Assembly (NCBI GenBank): GCA_022842995.1
Contig: JALHOM010000001.1
Coordinates: forward strand, 77,985 to 141,984
Length of the DNA stretch: 64,000 nt
Reading direction: 5' to 3'
Origin: Candidatus Saccharimonadota bacterium
Lineage (GTDB): Bacteria > Patescibacteriota > Saccharimonadia > Saccharimonadales > 2-12-FULL-41-12
Shown here: one piece after another, positions 1 to 9,394 of the stretch
Layout of the letters: each line of letters begins with the position of its first letter
Numbering within the stretch: position 1 is the first letter of the stretch
The notes under the pieces: generated by a model
Told to the model about the DNA's origin: nothing
Database searches by the model: none
What the model saw: the letters and a program-made list of their open reading frames with translations, nothing else
Made by a program: the position numbers and the translations under genes

Positions 1-384
1 ATAGGTTGAATTTTCGCTATCTTCTGCCAGCTGCACAAAATAGCCTTTAGGCTCTTCGACGGCTTCGTCTAAGTTGATCCGCAAATTGGCCGGATACTTA
101 AAGCTCAAGACTGAACCCTGATAATCCTTCAACTCAACCGTGGTGGCGCTTGATTCTACATTAACTGCAGGCTCATCACTAGCTGGCGCCATTAACACCG
201 ATACAACACTCAAACCCACCAGTATAAACAGTGAAACCGAAGCGATGATAATCAATTTTCTATATCTTGCAAAAAACGATGGCGGTTTTGGTGGCTGATC
301 TGGCGTATTCAAAAAATCCCAGGCTCCATTATAGTGCTGAGGGCTCGTTTGGTGTTGATTCGGATCAATGTTATTAGGAGGCAT
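1..384 (-). CDS. hypothetical membrane-anchored protein, partial (3' end runs off the window start)
   Basis: Absent from the ORF track because there is no stop in the window. ATG at 384-382 reads MPPNNIDPNQHQ...FFARYRKLIIIASVSLFILVGLSVVSVLMA (one TM helix) and stays open to position 1. It lies 23 nt downstream of the ftsK stop on the same strand. Confidence 0.4.
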   Translation of the reverse strand, partial: MPPNNIDPNQHQTSPQHYNGAWDFLNTPDQPPKPPSFFARYRKLIIIASVSLFILVGLSVVSVLMAPASDEPAVNVESSATTVELKDYQGSVLSFKYPANLRINLDEAVEEPKGYFVQLAEDSENSTY

Positions 385-407
385 ACCGCTTATTACCTAG
401 TGTAGCA

Positions 408-2672
408 TTACTTGGTCAAATAATTGTCCCGGTTACTCTCGCCGTGAACGATCATCGGGTCACTGTAACCGTCGTCGATATCAGTCACGTCTCCGCCACC
501 GCCAAAGACTTGGTCCATGCTGCTGACCAATACCTCTCGGGGCTTCGAGCCATCTGCCGGACCAACAATACCCTGCTCTTCCATCGTCTCGATCAAACGG
601 GCAGCCCTGGAGTAACCGACACGTAGGCGGCGTTGCAGAAGTGACGTGCTGGCTTTTCGACCTTCGATAACAACACGGACGGCGTCTTCCCACATATCAT
701 CATCGGCATCATTCGAGGCAGTCGTTTCAGCCACAATACCACCGCGGCCATTAAACTGAACCGGCTGAGAAACAACCTCATTGTCGTACATCGGCGCCCG
801 TTGGTCACGGATAAAGTCTGTAACCTTATTGGTTTCATCGTCATCTATGAGCGCACCCTGTACACGAATTGGTTGAGGCATTTCGCTGGTTTTAAAGAGC
901 ATATCACCACGGCCCAATAACTTCTCGGCACCGATCTGATCGATGATAGTTCGTGAATCAACTTGAGATGAAGTCGTAAAGGCAATCCGCGCTGGAACGT
1001 TGGCTTTAATAAGTCCCGTAATGACATCGACGCTCGGTCGCTGGGTTGCCAAAATCAAATGAATACCAACCGCACGCGCCTTCTGCGCAATCCGAACAAT
1101 TAATGCTTCCACGTCACGCGCGGCCATCATCATCAGGTCGGCGAGCTCATCAATAACGATCACAATATATGGCATGCCCTCTTCTTTTTTGAGGTTGTTG
1201 TATTCGGCGATATTTCGCTTCTTAACTTCGGCCAACGTACGGTATCGTCGCTCCATTTCGGCTACTGCCCACTTCAGTGCACTAATACATTTTTCTGGCT
1301 CGGTAATCACTGGTGTCAGCAAGTGAGGAATCTCGTCATACGGCGTAAGTTCCACTGTTTTTGGGTCAACCAAAATCAACTTCAGATCCGCAGGAGTGTT
1401 ATGGTAGAGCAAGCTGGTTAAAATTGTGTTCACCATCACCGACTTACCAGAACCAGTTTGTCCAGCCACCAAAAGGTGTGGCATTTTAGCAAGATCACCA
1501 ACTACGGGGTTGCCGGCAATGTCTTTTCCGATCACAAAACCAAGTGGCGTTCGGCTCAGTGCCTGCCACTCGCTAGACTGCAACAAACTACTCACCCGTA
1601 CCGTCGCCGACTTGATATTCGGAACCTCGATTCCAACCAAACGCTTGCCCGGAATTGGCGCCTCCATACGAATCGAATGCGCCGCCAAATCAAGCGCTAG
1701 GTTGTTCTCTAGAGCAGTAATTTTGGTGAGCTTAACACCGGTCGGAGGCCTCAGAGTATACTGGGTTACGCGCGGGCCAACATTCGCCCCTTCCATCTCG
1801 ACATCGATATTAAAGTTATTGAATGTCTCTTTGATAGCTTGAGCGTTACCCTCGACATCGCCAGCGTTAGCCTTGTCTTGCTTTTGATTAAGTAGTTCGA
1901 GAGACGGAAAGACCCATTCTGAATCACTGGTTGTAGTCAGGGCTTCATGATTCTGCTTGGCAGTCAGCTTTGGTGCCGAGTTTTTAAAGCTATGCAGGCG
2001 TTGTTTCTTGCCGTCGACGGTTTCCTCGTGTTCATGAACCATCGGAACACCCTCGTTGAGCTTGAAGTGTTTTTCTTTAAGATCTTGCAGGTCGGTATCT
2101 TCGGTCTTTTCTTTCTTGACCCCACTAAATACCTTCAGTAGCACCTTAAACGAAATGCCGAAAGCCAAGAAAAACATAATAAACGCAATGATAAAGAACA
2201 CCATAGACGCCGGAATTTTATCGAGCGCAGAGAGTAAGGCGCCACCGATTAATTCGCCGATCGCACCCCCATTGCCTTCTTGTGGCGTAGTCGGAACCGA
2301 AGCGGCAGGATCAGGAACGCTCACAAATAACGAATGCATCAATGCCGCGACCGCCAAAACGAAAGTCGTCATGGTCAAAAGCTTCGGTAGTGGCACCCTA
2401 CGCTCTTCGTGTCGAAACTTTATGACCGCAAAAAACATCAGAGCAATCGGAGCCAAATAAGCAGCCCAACCAAGCGCCCAGTAAACACCCTTAAACATGC
2501 TGACGGGCAACGTACCACCATAATTGAAGCCGCCCAGCATCAACAGCACAGCCAAAATACAGAGAACAACACCCCAAGCAATCGGCCAAAAAACAGATCG
2601 TTCTTTGACGGCCGCCGCTTCGGATTTTTTCTTTTTAGCTGGTGCTTTCTTTTTTGATTTTTTGGCTGCCAT
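408..2672 (-). CDS. ftsK: DNA translocase FtsK/SpoIIIE
   Basis: 754 aa with N-terminal TM helices. Walker A GQTGSGKS, Walker B VIVIDELADLMM, and a C-terminal winged-helix gamma domain LLQRRLRVGYSRAARLIETMEEQGIVG. Confidence 0.9.
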   Translation of the reverse strand: MAAKKSKKKAPAKKKKSEAAAVKERSVFWPIAWGVVLCILAVLLMLGGFNYGGTLPVSMFKGVYWALGWAAYLAPIALMFFAVIKFRHEERRVPLPKLLTMTTFVLAVAALMHSLFVSVPDPAASVPTTPQEGNGGAIGELIGGALLSALDKIPASMVFFIIAFIMFFLAFGISFKVLLKVFSGVKKEKTEDTDLQDLKEKHFKLNEGVPMVHEHEETVDGKKQRLHSFKNSAPKLTAKQNHEALTTTSDSEWVFPSLELLNQKQDKANAGDVEGNAQAIKETFNNFNIDVEMEGANVGPRVTQYTLRPPTGVKLTKITALENNLALDLAAHSIRMEAPIPGKRLVGIEVPNIKSATVRVSSLLQSSEWQALSRTPLGFVIGKDIAGNPVVGDLAKMPHLLVAGQTGSGKSVMVNTILTSLLYHNTPADLKLILVDPKTVELTPYDEIPHLLTPVITEPEKCISALKWAVAEMERRYRTLAEVKKRNIAEYNNLKKEEGMPYIVIVIDELADLMMMAARDVEALIVRIAQKARAVGIHLILATQRPSVDVITGLIKANVPARIAFTTSSQVDSRTIIDQIGAEKLLGRGDMLFKTSEMPQPIRVQGALIDDDETNKVTDFIRDQRAPMYDNEVVSQPVQFNGRGGIVAETTASNDADDDMWEDAVRVVIEGRKASTSLLQRRLRVGYSRAARLIETMEEQGIVGPADGSKPREVLVSSMDQVFGGGGDVTDIDDGYSDPMIVHGESNRDNYLTK

Positions 2673-2753
2673 GAGACTTATATTTTACCCTAGTGATACA
2701 GGTTATGTATATACTACGTATTGTAGCACAATTTACTACAAAAGTCAACCCGC

Positions 2754-3467
2754 TTATGTCGTCCTTACTAGGGACAACAACGGAACTGAGAACAAATCTT
2801 CTTGATGACGAGAATCTAATTCAAAATTCCGACCAGCTTCTAGCCTCTTCTGAATTTTTTGACGCCTACGATTTTCTGAATATGCACCGCTTATAACTAG
2901 ACCTACGAAGGTTCCTACCGCGCCAACTGTCGCGGTAACTACACCGGCAACGGGCGATATTTCATATGCCACCGCAACTCCTACACCCGTCGAAACGCTG
3001 GATCCAATCCAATTTCCTGCAACAAGCCTATTTCTTGCCGACCGATTATGCTCTCCCTTTGTAGCGTACTGTGCCAATCCAGATTTTAAGGATTCATTAA
3101 TCTTTACTTCTTGGATTGCGGCCAATTGTTCAGTAGTATATTCTCCAGATCGTTGCGTAGTACCGATATTCAGATACAAGAGATGGTGATTGTCTTGAGC
3201 CGATGAAAGATGTCGTCTTGCGTTTCTCTTTTCTATTAGCTCAACGGAAAAACCATCGTCATATTGACAGTTTATTGCCCGGAGCGGCGTTACGAATTGT
3301 GAGCCATTCATGAAATTAACCATTTCCAGTACACGGCCCAATCTATCTATATCTGGAACTAATTGGAATTCAGCGTCATTAATTTTGTAATTAAGTGCTG
3401 GGAGAGTCAGTAGAGCGCCTGATCTTGGCAAGATTATTTCTTGACTGATTCGATCCGCACTACTCAT
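2754..3467 (-). CDS. hypothetical protein with a C-terminal Gly/Ala/Val-rich membrane segment
   Basis: 237-aa ORF with its own promoter-like site. Hydrophobic GSSVSTGVGVAVAYEISPVAGVVTATVGAVGTFVGLVISGAY near the C-terminus. No family recognised. Confidence 0.5.
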   Translation of the reverse strand: MSSADRISQEIILPRSGALLTLPALNYKINDAEFQLVPDIDRLGRVLEMVNFMNGSQFVTPLRAINCQYDDGFSVELIEKRNARRHLSSAQDNHHLLYLNIGTTQRSGEYTTEQLAAIQEVKINESLKSGLAQYATKGEHNRSARNRLVAGNWIGSSVSTGVGVAVAYEISPVAGVVTATVGAVGTFVGLVISGAYSENRRRQKIQKRLEAGRNFELDSRHQEDLFSVPLLSLVRTT

Positions 3468-3495
3468 AAGATTTTATAATTCCCTTTTGATCTCG

Positions 3496-3524
3496 AGTAT
3501 ACAATTTGCGTAAGTGTTTAACAA
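3496..3524 (-). promoter_or_regulatory. sigma-70-type promoter candidate for CDS 2754-3467
   Basis: Minus strand reads TTGTTA-N17-TATACT, about 30 nt upstream of the ATG at 3467. Confidence 0.35.
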
Positions 3525-3540
3525 CTATTTCTTCATCTTT

Positions 3541-3569
3541 TTCCATTATCAATAAAATGATTCTAAAAT
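3541..3569 (+). promoter_or_regulatory. weak promoter candidate for the plus-strand RNA locus
   Basis: TTCCAT-N17-TAAAAT on the plus strand, just upstream of the ORF-free repeat region. Confidence 0.25.
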
Positions 3570-3787
3570 AATACATGTCAGACGACTAAACTATCCGGAA
3601 TAGCGGGCATCTTATTAATCCACCACTCTAGACGTGTGCAGGCAGGCTATTTGGCGAGAACCTCAGGAGTGGACGTAATTTTGGGTGCGTCTGGCACGGA
3701 AACAGAGAAGATCCTACCTCCACCACCGACCGGCAAGAGCAGCGAGCCTAGCCTTTCAGTCCGTTAAACACCTGCGGGAAAACAGCC

Positions 3788-3866
3788 TTGTATGTGAGTG
3801 CAGTTTGGGTGAAGTTCGAGAACCGTAAACAGGGCGTACTCTAAGGTATGTCCTGTGCGGAAGCGC
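3788..3866 (+). repeat. 79-nt direct repeat, copy 1
   Basis: ttgtatgtgagtgcagtttgggtgaagttcgagaaccgtaaacagggcgtactctaaggtatgtcctgtgcggaagcgc. By eye, 76/79 identical to copy 2. Confidence 0.9.
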
Positions 3867-3951
3867 GCATTACCACAGGCCAAAAACGTATATATTTGAG
3901 TGCAGTTTGATTTTTTGGCGAGAACCGCAATCAACCACAGGCTGAAGACCG

Positions 3952-4030
3952 TTGTATGCGAGCGCAGTTTGGGTGAAGTTCGAGAACCGTAAACAGGGCG
4001 TACTCTAAGGTACGTCCTGTGCGGAAGCGC
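3952..4030 (+). repeat. 79-nt direct repeat, copy 2
   Basis: Same unit 164 nt downstream. The three differences are all T/C transitions. Confidence 0.9.
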
Positions 4031-4057
4031 AGAAATTCATTCAAAATGTGCCGCATA

Positions 4058-4081
4058 CAAGGGTCGATTAATCGACCCTTG
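4058..4081. terminator. perfect palindrome/hairpin spanning the rnj stop codon
   Basis: caagggtcga-ttaa-tcgacccttg with 10-bp arms. No clean U-run on either strand, so it may be a 3' stabiliser or terminator for rnj and/or the plus-strand RNA. Confidence 0.45.
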
Positions 4082-6218
4082 CGTCTTGGTTGAGTAGTTT
4101 CGCCCTCATCTTAGCAAACCGCTCCTGCAACTCTGCAGCCTCTTGCTCTGGAGATTTTTGACCTTGCGGCTTGGCGCCGCCGACATTTGGCCGGTTTTGA
4201 CCTTGCTGGCCCGTCGGCTTCATGTTTTGACCACCTACTTTGGCACCGCCAATGACATTTACTACCGGGATAACGATTGGACTTCGCCCTGTCTGCTCGT
4301 ACAAGAAATGCGTAACGTGTTCGCGCAGTTCGGCCTTAAATCTATCGAGATCAATCCGTTTAAAGCGCTGCGAAACAGCTCGTTTTAGCTCTGCCCGGAA
4401 GGCATTCATAAGCTCTTCTTGGTCCTTCATGTAGATAAATCCACGACTGATGATATCTGGGCTGGTCATCAACTGACCGGACTTCTTGTCAACCGTCAGA
4501 ACAACCGCCACCAGGCCTTCCTGCGAAAGCATCAAGCGATCCTTAACCACGATGTTGCTTACGATAGCGCCCGTTTGATCAACCAAAATTGTTCCATGCG
4601 GAGCAACACCGGCGATTTCCATCTTGTTGCCGTCGAGGGCAATAACCTCTCCGTTTTCAGCATTGATCGTGTTTTTACGAGGAATCCCCTCTTCCACAGC
4701 CGCCTCAATGTGACGCTGTTTCGACCGATACGAGCCATAAATCGGGATAAAGAATTTCGGCTGCGTCATCTGTATCATTTCTTTATATTCATCGATACTT
4801 GCATGGCCAGATACGTGAAGCGGCCCACAACCATCAAGGTCGCGTGTTTCGTGCCTATAGACATGAACACCTTTACGCATAAGATCATCTACCATGTTGC
4901 CGACAAGAGCGTCGTTACCAGACTCAGGAATTGGCGTTGAACTCAAAACCACGGTATCTTGTGGCTTAAGCTTGATATGCTTGTGATCCCCGGACGCCAT
5001 TCTCTGCAAAGCAGAGTTAGGCTCACCCTGACAACCAGTCGACACAACAACAATCTGTTCATCCTTCATACTGGCGACACTGGCGATGGGAACAATCGTG
5101 CCTTTCGGAATGCGTACAAAACCATGCCTCACAGCCATCTCGAGCGTACTAACCATGCTTCGTCCATCTAACGCGATTTTACGGCCATGATGTGACGCAG
5201 CGTTAATGATCATCTGGATACGGTTGACGTTGGTCGAGAACATAGCCATAAAGCAACGCCCAGGAGAATTTTCCATAATATCTATAAAGCTTTGTTCGAT
5301 AGTGCTCTCGCTCGGGGTACGGCCAGGACGTTCTGAAGTTGTGCTTTCGCTCAAAAGCGCCAAGACACCTTCTCGCCCAAGCTCGATCAATCGCTCTGTG
5401 TCACTGCGCTCGTGGTCGAGTGGGTTTGGATCAAGCCTAAAGTCTCCGGTGTTAATAATGCGTCCGACAGGAGTATCCAAGACAACACAGGTACTGCCGG
5501 GAATTGAGTGAGTAATTCGCACAAATTCTAGAGTAAATTCACCAATTTTCAGCCGTTCATGAGTGTTCTCGTTCATGGCGACGGTCTTGAGCTCAAAACC
5601 ATCTGGCATCGGCAGACCGAAGTTCTGGAAGATCTCTTCGACGCGACCGATACTAAATCGACTACCATATACCGGCGCCGGGTATAGCGGCATCATGTGC
5701 GGCAAACCACCAATATGATCAAGGTGGCCATGCGTAATAATATAAGCCCTGAGCTTGTGCTTAACACTGTCTAGATATGACATGTCGGCAATACCGTAGT
5801 TAATACCCGGCAAATCAACACCAAGATCTGAGCCACAGTCAATAATCACGACGTCATTTTTGTATTCAACTAAAATGGTGTTCTTTGAACCACCGCCGTC
5901 CATACCGCCAAGACCAATAATCTTGAGGCGTGGGCTATCGTCGATAAAGTTCGCGCGTCGCTGCTGTTCGCCACCGCCCGACTTGCTGTCGGCGTCTAGA
6001 TACTGACTGGCAATGCGAGTAGCATCTTCGGCATTACGTTTTTGGGCACGAATGGCTTCACCGCGACTTATAGCGCGCTTTTGCGGCTGGCCGTTCGGAG
6101 CGGCTTTATCGCCTCTGTTGTTTGGTCTTTTTCTATTATCTTTTGCTGGTGGCATGACAATTCTCCATGTCTTCTTGTCGTTTTTAGGACTAATTTCTTC
6201 AGCCCTACGTTTACTCAA
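4068..6218 (-). CDS. rnj: ribonuclease J (metallo-beta-lactamase/beta-CASP)
   Basis: 716 aa with motif HGHLDHIGG and a typical RNase J core. Basic N-terminal extension of about 100 aa and a Gln/Gly-rich C-terminal tail. Confidence 0.9.
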   Translation of the reverse strand: MSKRRAEEISPKNDKKTWRIVMPPAKDNRKRPNNRGDKAAPNGQPQKRAISRGEAIRAQKRNAEDATRIASQYLDADSKSGGGEQQRRANFIDDSPRLKIIGLGGMDGGGSKNTILVEYKNDVVIIDCGSDLGVDLPGINYGIADMSYLDSVKHKLRAYIITHGHLDHIGGLPHMMPLYPAPVYGSRFSIGRVEEIFQNFGLPMPDGFELKTVAMNENTHERLKIGEFTLEFVRITHSIPGSTCVVLDTPVGRIINTGDFRLDPNPLDHERSDTERLIELGREGVLALLSESTTSERPGRTPSESTIEQSFIDIMENSPGRCFMAMFSTNVNRIQMIINAASHHGRKIALDGRSMVSTLEMAVRHGFVRIPKGTIVPIASVASMKDEQIVVVSTGCQGEPNSALQRMASGDHKHIKLKPQDTVVLSSTPIPESGNDALVGNMVDDLMRKGVHVYRHETRDLDGCGPLHVSGHASIDEYKEMIQMTQPKFFIPIYGSYRSKQRHIEAAVEEGIPRKNTINAENGEVIALDGNKMEIAGVAPHGTILVDQTGAIVSNIVVKDRLMLSQEGLVAVVLTVDKKSGQLMTSPDIISRGFIYMKDQEELMNAFRAELKRAVSQRFKRIDLDRFKAELREHVTHFLYEQTGRSPIVIPVVNVIGGAKVGGQNMKPTGQQGQNRPNVGGAKPQGQKSPEQEAAELQERFAKMRAKLLNQDARVD

Positions 6219-6956
6219 TTAATTAATGTAGTTTCTTATGATCTGAAAGTCATCAAACAGGGTTTGCCGGAGGCTGCCGTTATATAATGCTGCCGCCGGA
6301 TGATACAGCGGAAGGATGACCATGGTCATGCTACCCGAGTTGCGAGGTGAACTCGCATCTTGGTCAGTATTTGAAGCCCTCTTCTTCGTTACGGGATCCG
6401 GTACTGCCTCGGCGTATTTTCCATACGCCTTAGTACGCTTCTCTCCGTCGCCTGGCATGTCGTCTCCGACAATATCCTGCCCGTATACAGGCGAGCTTCT
6501 TTCGAACACCTCAACTTCATGAGGTTGGCCATGGACCAGGGAGATCTGATTTTCGGGAAGGAAAAACTCCATACTGTGCCTGCCAAGCGTCACGACAACT
6601 CGCGGTTTGATAACTTTTAGCTCGCGAAGTAAGTACGGCCAAAACGCACGCTTCTCTTCAGGGAGAGGATCTCGGTTATTTGGCGGCCGATACTTCACGA
6701 TATTGGTAATGTACACGTCCTTGCGCTTAACGCCGTTTGCTTCGAGCATTTCATCTAGAAGTTTTCCGGCGGCGCCGACGAACGGAACCCCGTGCAGATC
6801 TTCGTTTTTACCTGGCGCTTCGCCGATAAATACTACTTCTGCCGTCGGGTTTCCATGGCCCATGACGAGCTGGGTCGCACCTTGAGCCAAATCTGGACAG
6901 ACATTATGTTGAATAATATCTGCCTTGATTTGATCAAGCTTTAGATCGTTTCCCAC
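6219..6956 (-). CDS. uracil-DNA glycosylase, family 4-like
   Basis: GEAPGKNEDLHGVPFVGAAGKLLDEML and LYHPAAALY motifs. The stop abuts the rnj start. Confidence 0.8.
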   Translation of the reverse strand: MGNDLKLDQIKADIIQHNVCPDLAQGATQLVMGHGNPTAEVVFIGEAPGKNEDLHGVPFVGAAGKLLDEMLEANGVKRKDVYITNIVKYRPPNNRDPLPEEKRAFWPYLLRELKVIKPRVVVTLGRHSMEFFLPENQISLVHGQPHEVEVFERSSPVYGQDIVGDDMPGDGEKRTKAYGKYAEAVPDPVTKKRASNTDQDASSPRNSGSMTMVILPLYHPAAALYNGSLRQTLFDDFQIIRNYIN

Positions 6957-7221
6957 CGGGTTGAATCTTCACTGGACTAGAATTGATTGCGCGAATCATT
7001 TCATACACCGTATTGGCCGCAAAGTAAGCGCTGGCGATTAACGCTAAATACACATACATTGAGCCGGTATCTATCGCGATAGAACCAAAGATATATACGG
7101 CTAAAAGCCACGCAACAGATAACAAGGCGTACTTCTGGCTTTTATCGGATTCGGGTTTCACAATCTGTTTTTTTGAAGAACTATTGGTTTTGGCAATTCG
7201 CTTGGTAGAATTACTTTTCAC
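6934..7221 (-). CDS. small two-TM membrane protein
   Basis: 95 aa with two hydrophobic helices. Short overlaps with both neighbours. Confidence 0.35.
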   Translation of the reverse strand: MKSNSTKRIAKTNSSSKKQIVKPESDKSQKYALLSVAWLLAVYIFGSIAIDTGSMYVYLALIASAYFAANTVYEMIRAINSSPVKIQPGGKRSKA

Positions 7222-9349
7222 GGGCTACTTCCTTCATGCTTAATTGTAGCCGACCTTTGTCGTCAATAGCTACTAATTTAACGTCCACCAGATCACCTTC
7301 CTTAACCACATCACTCGGCTTATTGACACGCTCTTCGCTCATCGCGCTGACGTGCACGAGACCATCTTTACCTGGCAAAATCTGTACGAAGGCGCCAAAA
7401 TCCATAACGCTCACCACAGGCACTTGGCGATATATTCTACCAACCTCTGGCTCTTCGGTGATGTTCTGCACCCATTTAATCGCGGCTTCGATACTTGCTT
7501 GGTCTGGGCTCGCGATCATAACCGTTCCGTCGTCTTTGATATCGATCTCGGCTCCGGTTTCGGCGATAATCTTGTTAATCATCTCACCGCCCTTACCGAT
7601 AACTTCTCGGATTTTGTCGGGGTTGATCTTGATAGCCTCGACACGCGGTGCATACGGGCTCATCGAATCACGGGGCGCCGGGATAACACTCAACATGTGG
7701 TCCAAAATCTTTCCACGGCCCTCTTTGGCCTGCGTTAAGGCTGCCCTCAGAACATCCACTGGTAAACCGTGAACTTTCATATCCATCTGGAGTGCCGTAA
7801 TACCTTCGGTGGTACCAGTCACCTTGAAGTCCATATCGCCAGCGAAATCTTCGGCGTCAGCAATATCACTCAAGATTATTGGTCGATCACCATCTAGCAT
7901 AAGTCCCATGGCGATACCGCTCACTGGTCGCTTCAGAGGTACACCCGCGTCCATCAAGGCCATAGTCGAAGAACAAGTAGCAGCCATAGAGGTACTACCG
8001 TTTTGGCTCATAATTTCGGTTACCGACCGAATAGCATACGGAAAATCAGCTTCGTCAGGCAACACTGCCGTCAATGCACGCTCTGCCAAATAACCGTGAC
8101 CAATTTCTCTTCGGCCAGGACTACCGAGTCGGCGAACTTCACCGACTGTCCAGCCTGGTGCATTGTAATGATGCAGGTAGCGACGCTCTTCGTCCTTTTC
8201 CATCGTATCTACGACCTGTGCGTAGCTGAGAGGCGCCAGAGTAACGATGTTCATAGCCTGTGTCATACCTCGTGTAAAAATACTCGAACCATGCGTACGC
8301 GGCAACACACTAACTTCGCTCGAAAGTGGACGAATTTCATCGAGTTTACGACCGTCAGGACGAATTCCCTCGGCCACAATACCGTCACGCACGTCTTTGT
8401 GTAGAGCTACGGTAAATGCATCGTCATAGGCCTGCCTGTGAGGCGCAAATTCTTCGTCACCGAGTTTTTCGCGGAAATACGCTTCCATGTCTTTGCGCAT
8501 ATCGCCGATCAGTTGATTGCGCTCTGGATAATGCTTGCGAAGGCTCATGCCCAACTTGCCATCAACCCACGCATCAACGGCAAACTGAATATCGGTATCT
8601 GGTTTCTGGACTGCATATTCTTGAGCTTCTACACCCACCTTGGCCATCAATTCTTGCTGCAGCTTGATGGCTGGCTGCATCATTTCCTGAGCAAAGGCGA
8701 TGGCATTGATAACTTCTTCTTCGGTGGCTTCATTTGCTCCTGCTTCGACCATCATGACACCGTTTTCGGTACCGGCTACCACGAGATCAAGCTTGCCGTT
8801 ATTCAGTTCTTCGGCGGTCATAAAGGCTTTGAATTCGCCATTTTCGTCCATACCAACGCGCAAACCAGCGACCGGACCCTCAAAAGGTGCTCCTGTCAGA
8901 CAAAAGGCTGCAGAGGTGGCAATCATAGCGATAACATCAGGTCGGAACGTCGGGTCAAGGCTGAGTACCGTAGCCACACCTTGCGCTTCGTGCCGATAGC
9001 CTTTTGGCCACAACGGACGAATAGGTCGATCTATCAAGCGACCGATCAAGACCGCGTCGTCACTCGGGCGCCCTTCTCTTTTAATAAAGCGCGAGCCGCT
9101 AATCTTACCGGCGGCGTACATTTTTTCTTCGTAATCAATACTCAGCGGAAAGTAGTCAAAGCCGTCGAGCGACTTATCGCTCACCATAGCCGTTCCTAAA
9201 ACTACTGTATCTCCGTAGCGAGCAATAACACTAGCACTGGAACGAAACCCAACGCGGTTCACTTCCAAGGTTAATGTTTTGCCACATAGCTCCGTCGAAA
9301 CAGAGACAATCTGCTTGCCGTATGGGTTAATGATCGAACTCATTATCAT
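7211..9349 (-). CDS. pnp: polyribonucleotide nucleotidyltransferase (PNPase)
   Basis: 712 aa with two RNase PH domains, KH (IGKGGEMINKI) and S1 (VVSVMDFGAFVQILPGKDGLVHVS). rpsO-pnp synteny. Confidence 0.95.
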   Translation of the reverse strand: MIMSSIINPYGKQIVSVSTELCGKTLTLEVNRVGFRSSASVIARYGDTVVLGTAMVSDKSLDGFDYFPLSIDYEEKMYAAGKISGSRFIKREGRPSDDAVLIGRLIDRPIRPLWPKGYRHEAQGVATVLSLDPTFRPDVIAMIATSAAFCLTGAPFEGPVAGLRVGMDENGEFKAFMTAEELNNGKLDLVVAGTENGVMMVEAGANEATEEEVINAIAFAQEMMQPAIKLQQELMAKVGVEAQEYAVQKPDTDIQFAVDAWVDGKLGMSLRKHYPERNQLIGDMRKDMEAYFREKLGDEEFAPHRQAYDDAFTVALHKDVRDGIVAEGIRPDGRKLDEIRPLSSEVSVLPRTHGSSIFTRGMTQAMNIVTLAPLSYAQVVDTMEKDEERRYLHHYNAPGWTVGEVRRLGSPGRREIGHGYLAERALTAVLPDEADFPYAIRSVTEIMSQNGSTSMAATCSSTMALMDAGVPLKRPVSGIAMGLMLDGDRPIILSDIADAEDFAGDMDFKVTGTTEGITALQMDMKVHGLPVDVLRAALTQAKEGRGKILDHMLSVIPAPRDSMSPYAPRVEAIKINPDKIREVIGKGGEMINKIIAETGAEIDIKDDGTVMIASPDQASIEAAIKWVQNITEEPEVGRIYRQVPVVSVMDFGAFVQILPGKDGLVHVSAMSEERVNKPSDVVKEGDLVDVKLVAIDDKGRLQLSMKEVAREK

Positions 9350-9394
9350 CTCATCCTTTCGATTGATCGCATCGATTCAGCTATACCGTTTTGT

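Larger units (their letters stand above)
3576..4081 (+). ncRNA. candidate structured non-coding RNA, unclassified (ends uncertain)
   Basis: About 600 nt with no credible ORF. Internally duplicated hairpin modules. G-U wobbles are tolerated only on the plus strand. Nested long-range complementarity GCAGG(3638)/CCTGC(3771) encloses AGGCTA(3644)/TAGCCT(3749). The region ends at a 10-bp hairpin. Confidence 0.3.

Noticed and set aside
3788-4030. Possible CRISPR array or MITE pair.
   Set aside because: There are only two long (79-nt) copies plus degenerate partial units, the spacing is not CRISPR-like, and there are no cas genes. There are also no terminal inverted repeats or target duplications for a MITE. 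It is better explained as an internally duplicated RNA locus.
3576-4081. Known housekeeping RNAs (RNase P RNA, tmRNA, SRP RNA, 6S).
   Set aside because: On either strand I could not find the universal GAGGAAAGUCC-type RNase P core, a tRNA-like acceptor or T-arm with a tag ORF, or the SRP GGAA-tetraloop context AGGUCCGGAAGGAAGCAGCC. A partial resemblance (GGCACGGAAAC..CCACC..CCGGCAAG) to the RNase P J11/12 region is too weak. This needs cmscan to settle.
8438-9199. Long antisense ORFs inside strongly supported genes: 8438-9199 and 7236-7772 opposite pnp, 4419-4940 opposite rnj, 14369-15001 opposite the DHH-like gene, 53463-53846 opposite groEL, and 59280-59747 opposite paralog 2.
   Set aside because: Each lies entirely within a gene whose product has clear family motifs on the other strand. 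Their translations are low-complexity (Ser/Leu/Arg-rich) with no recognisable motifs, starts or RBS. This is typical of shadow ORFs.
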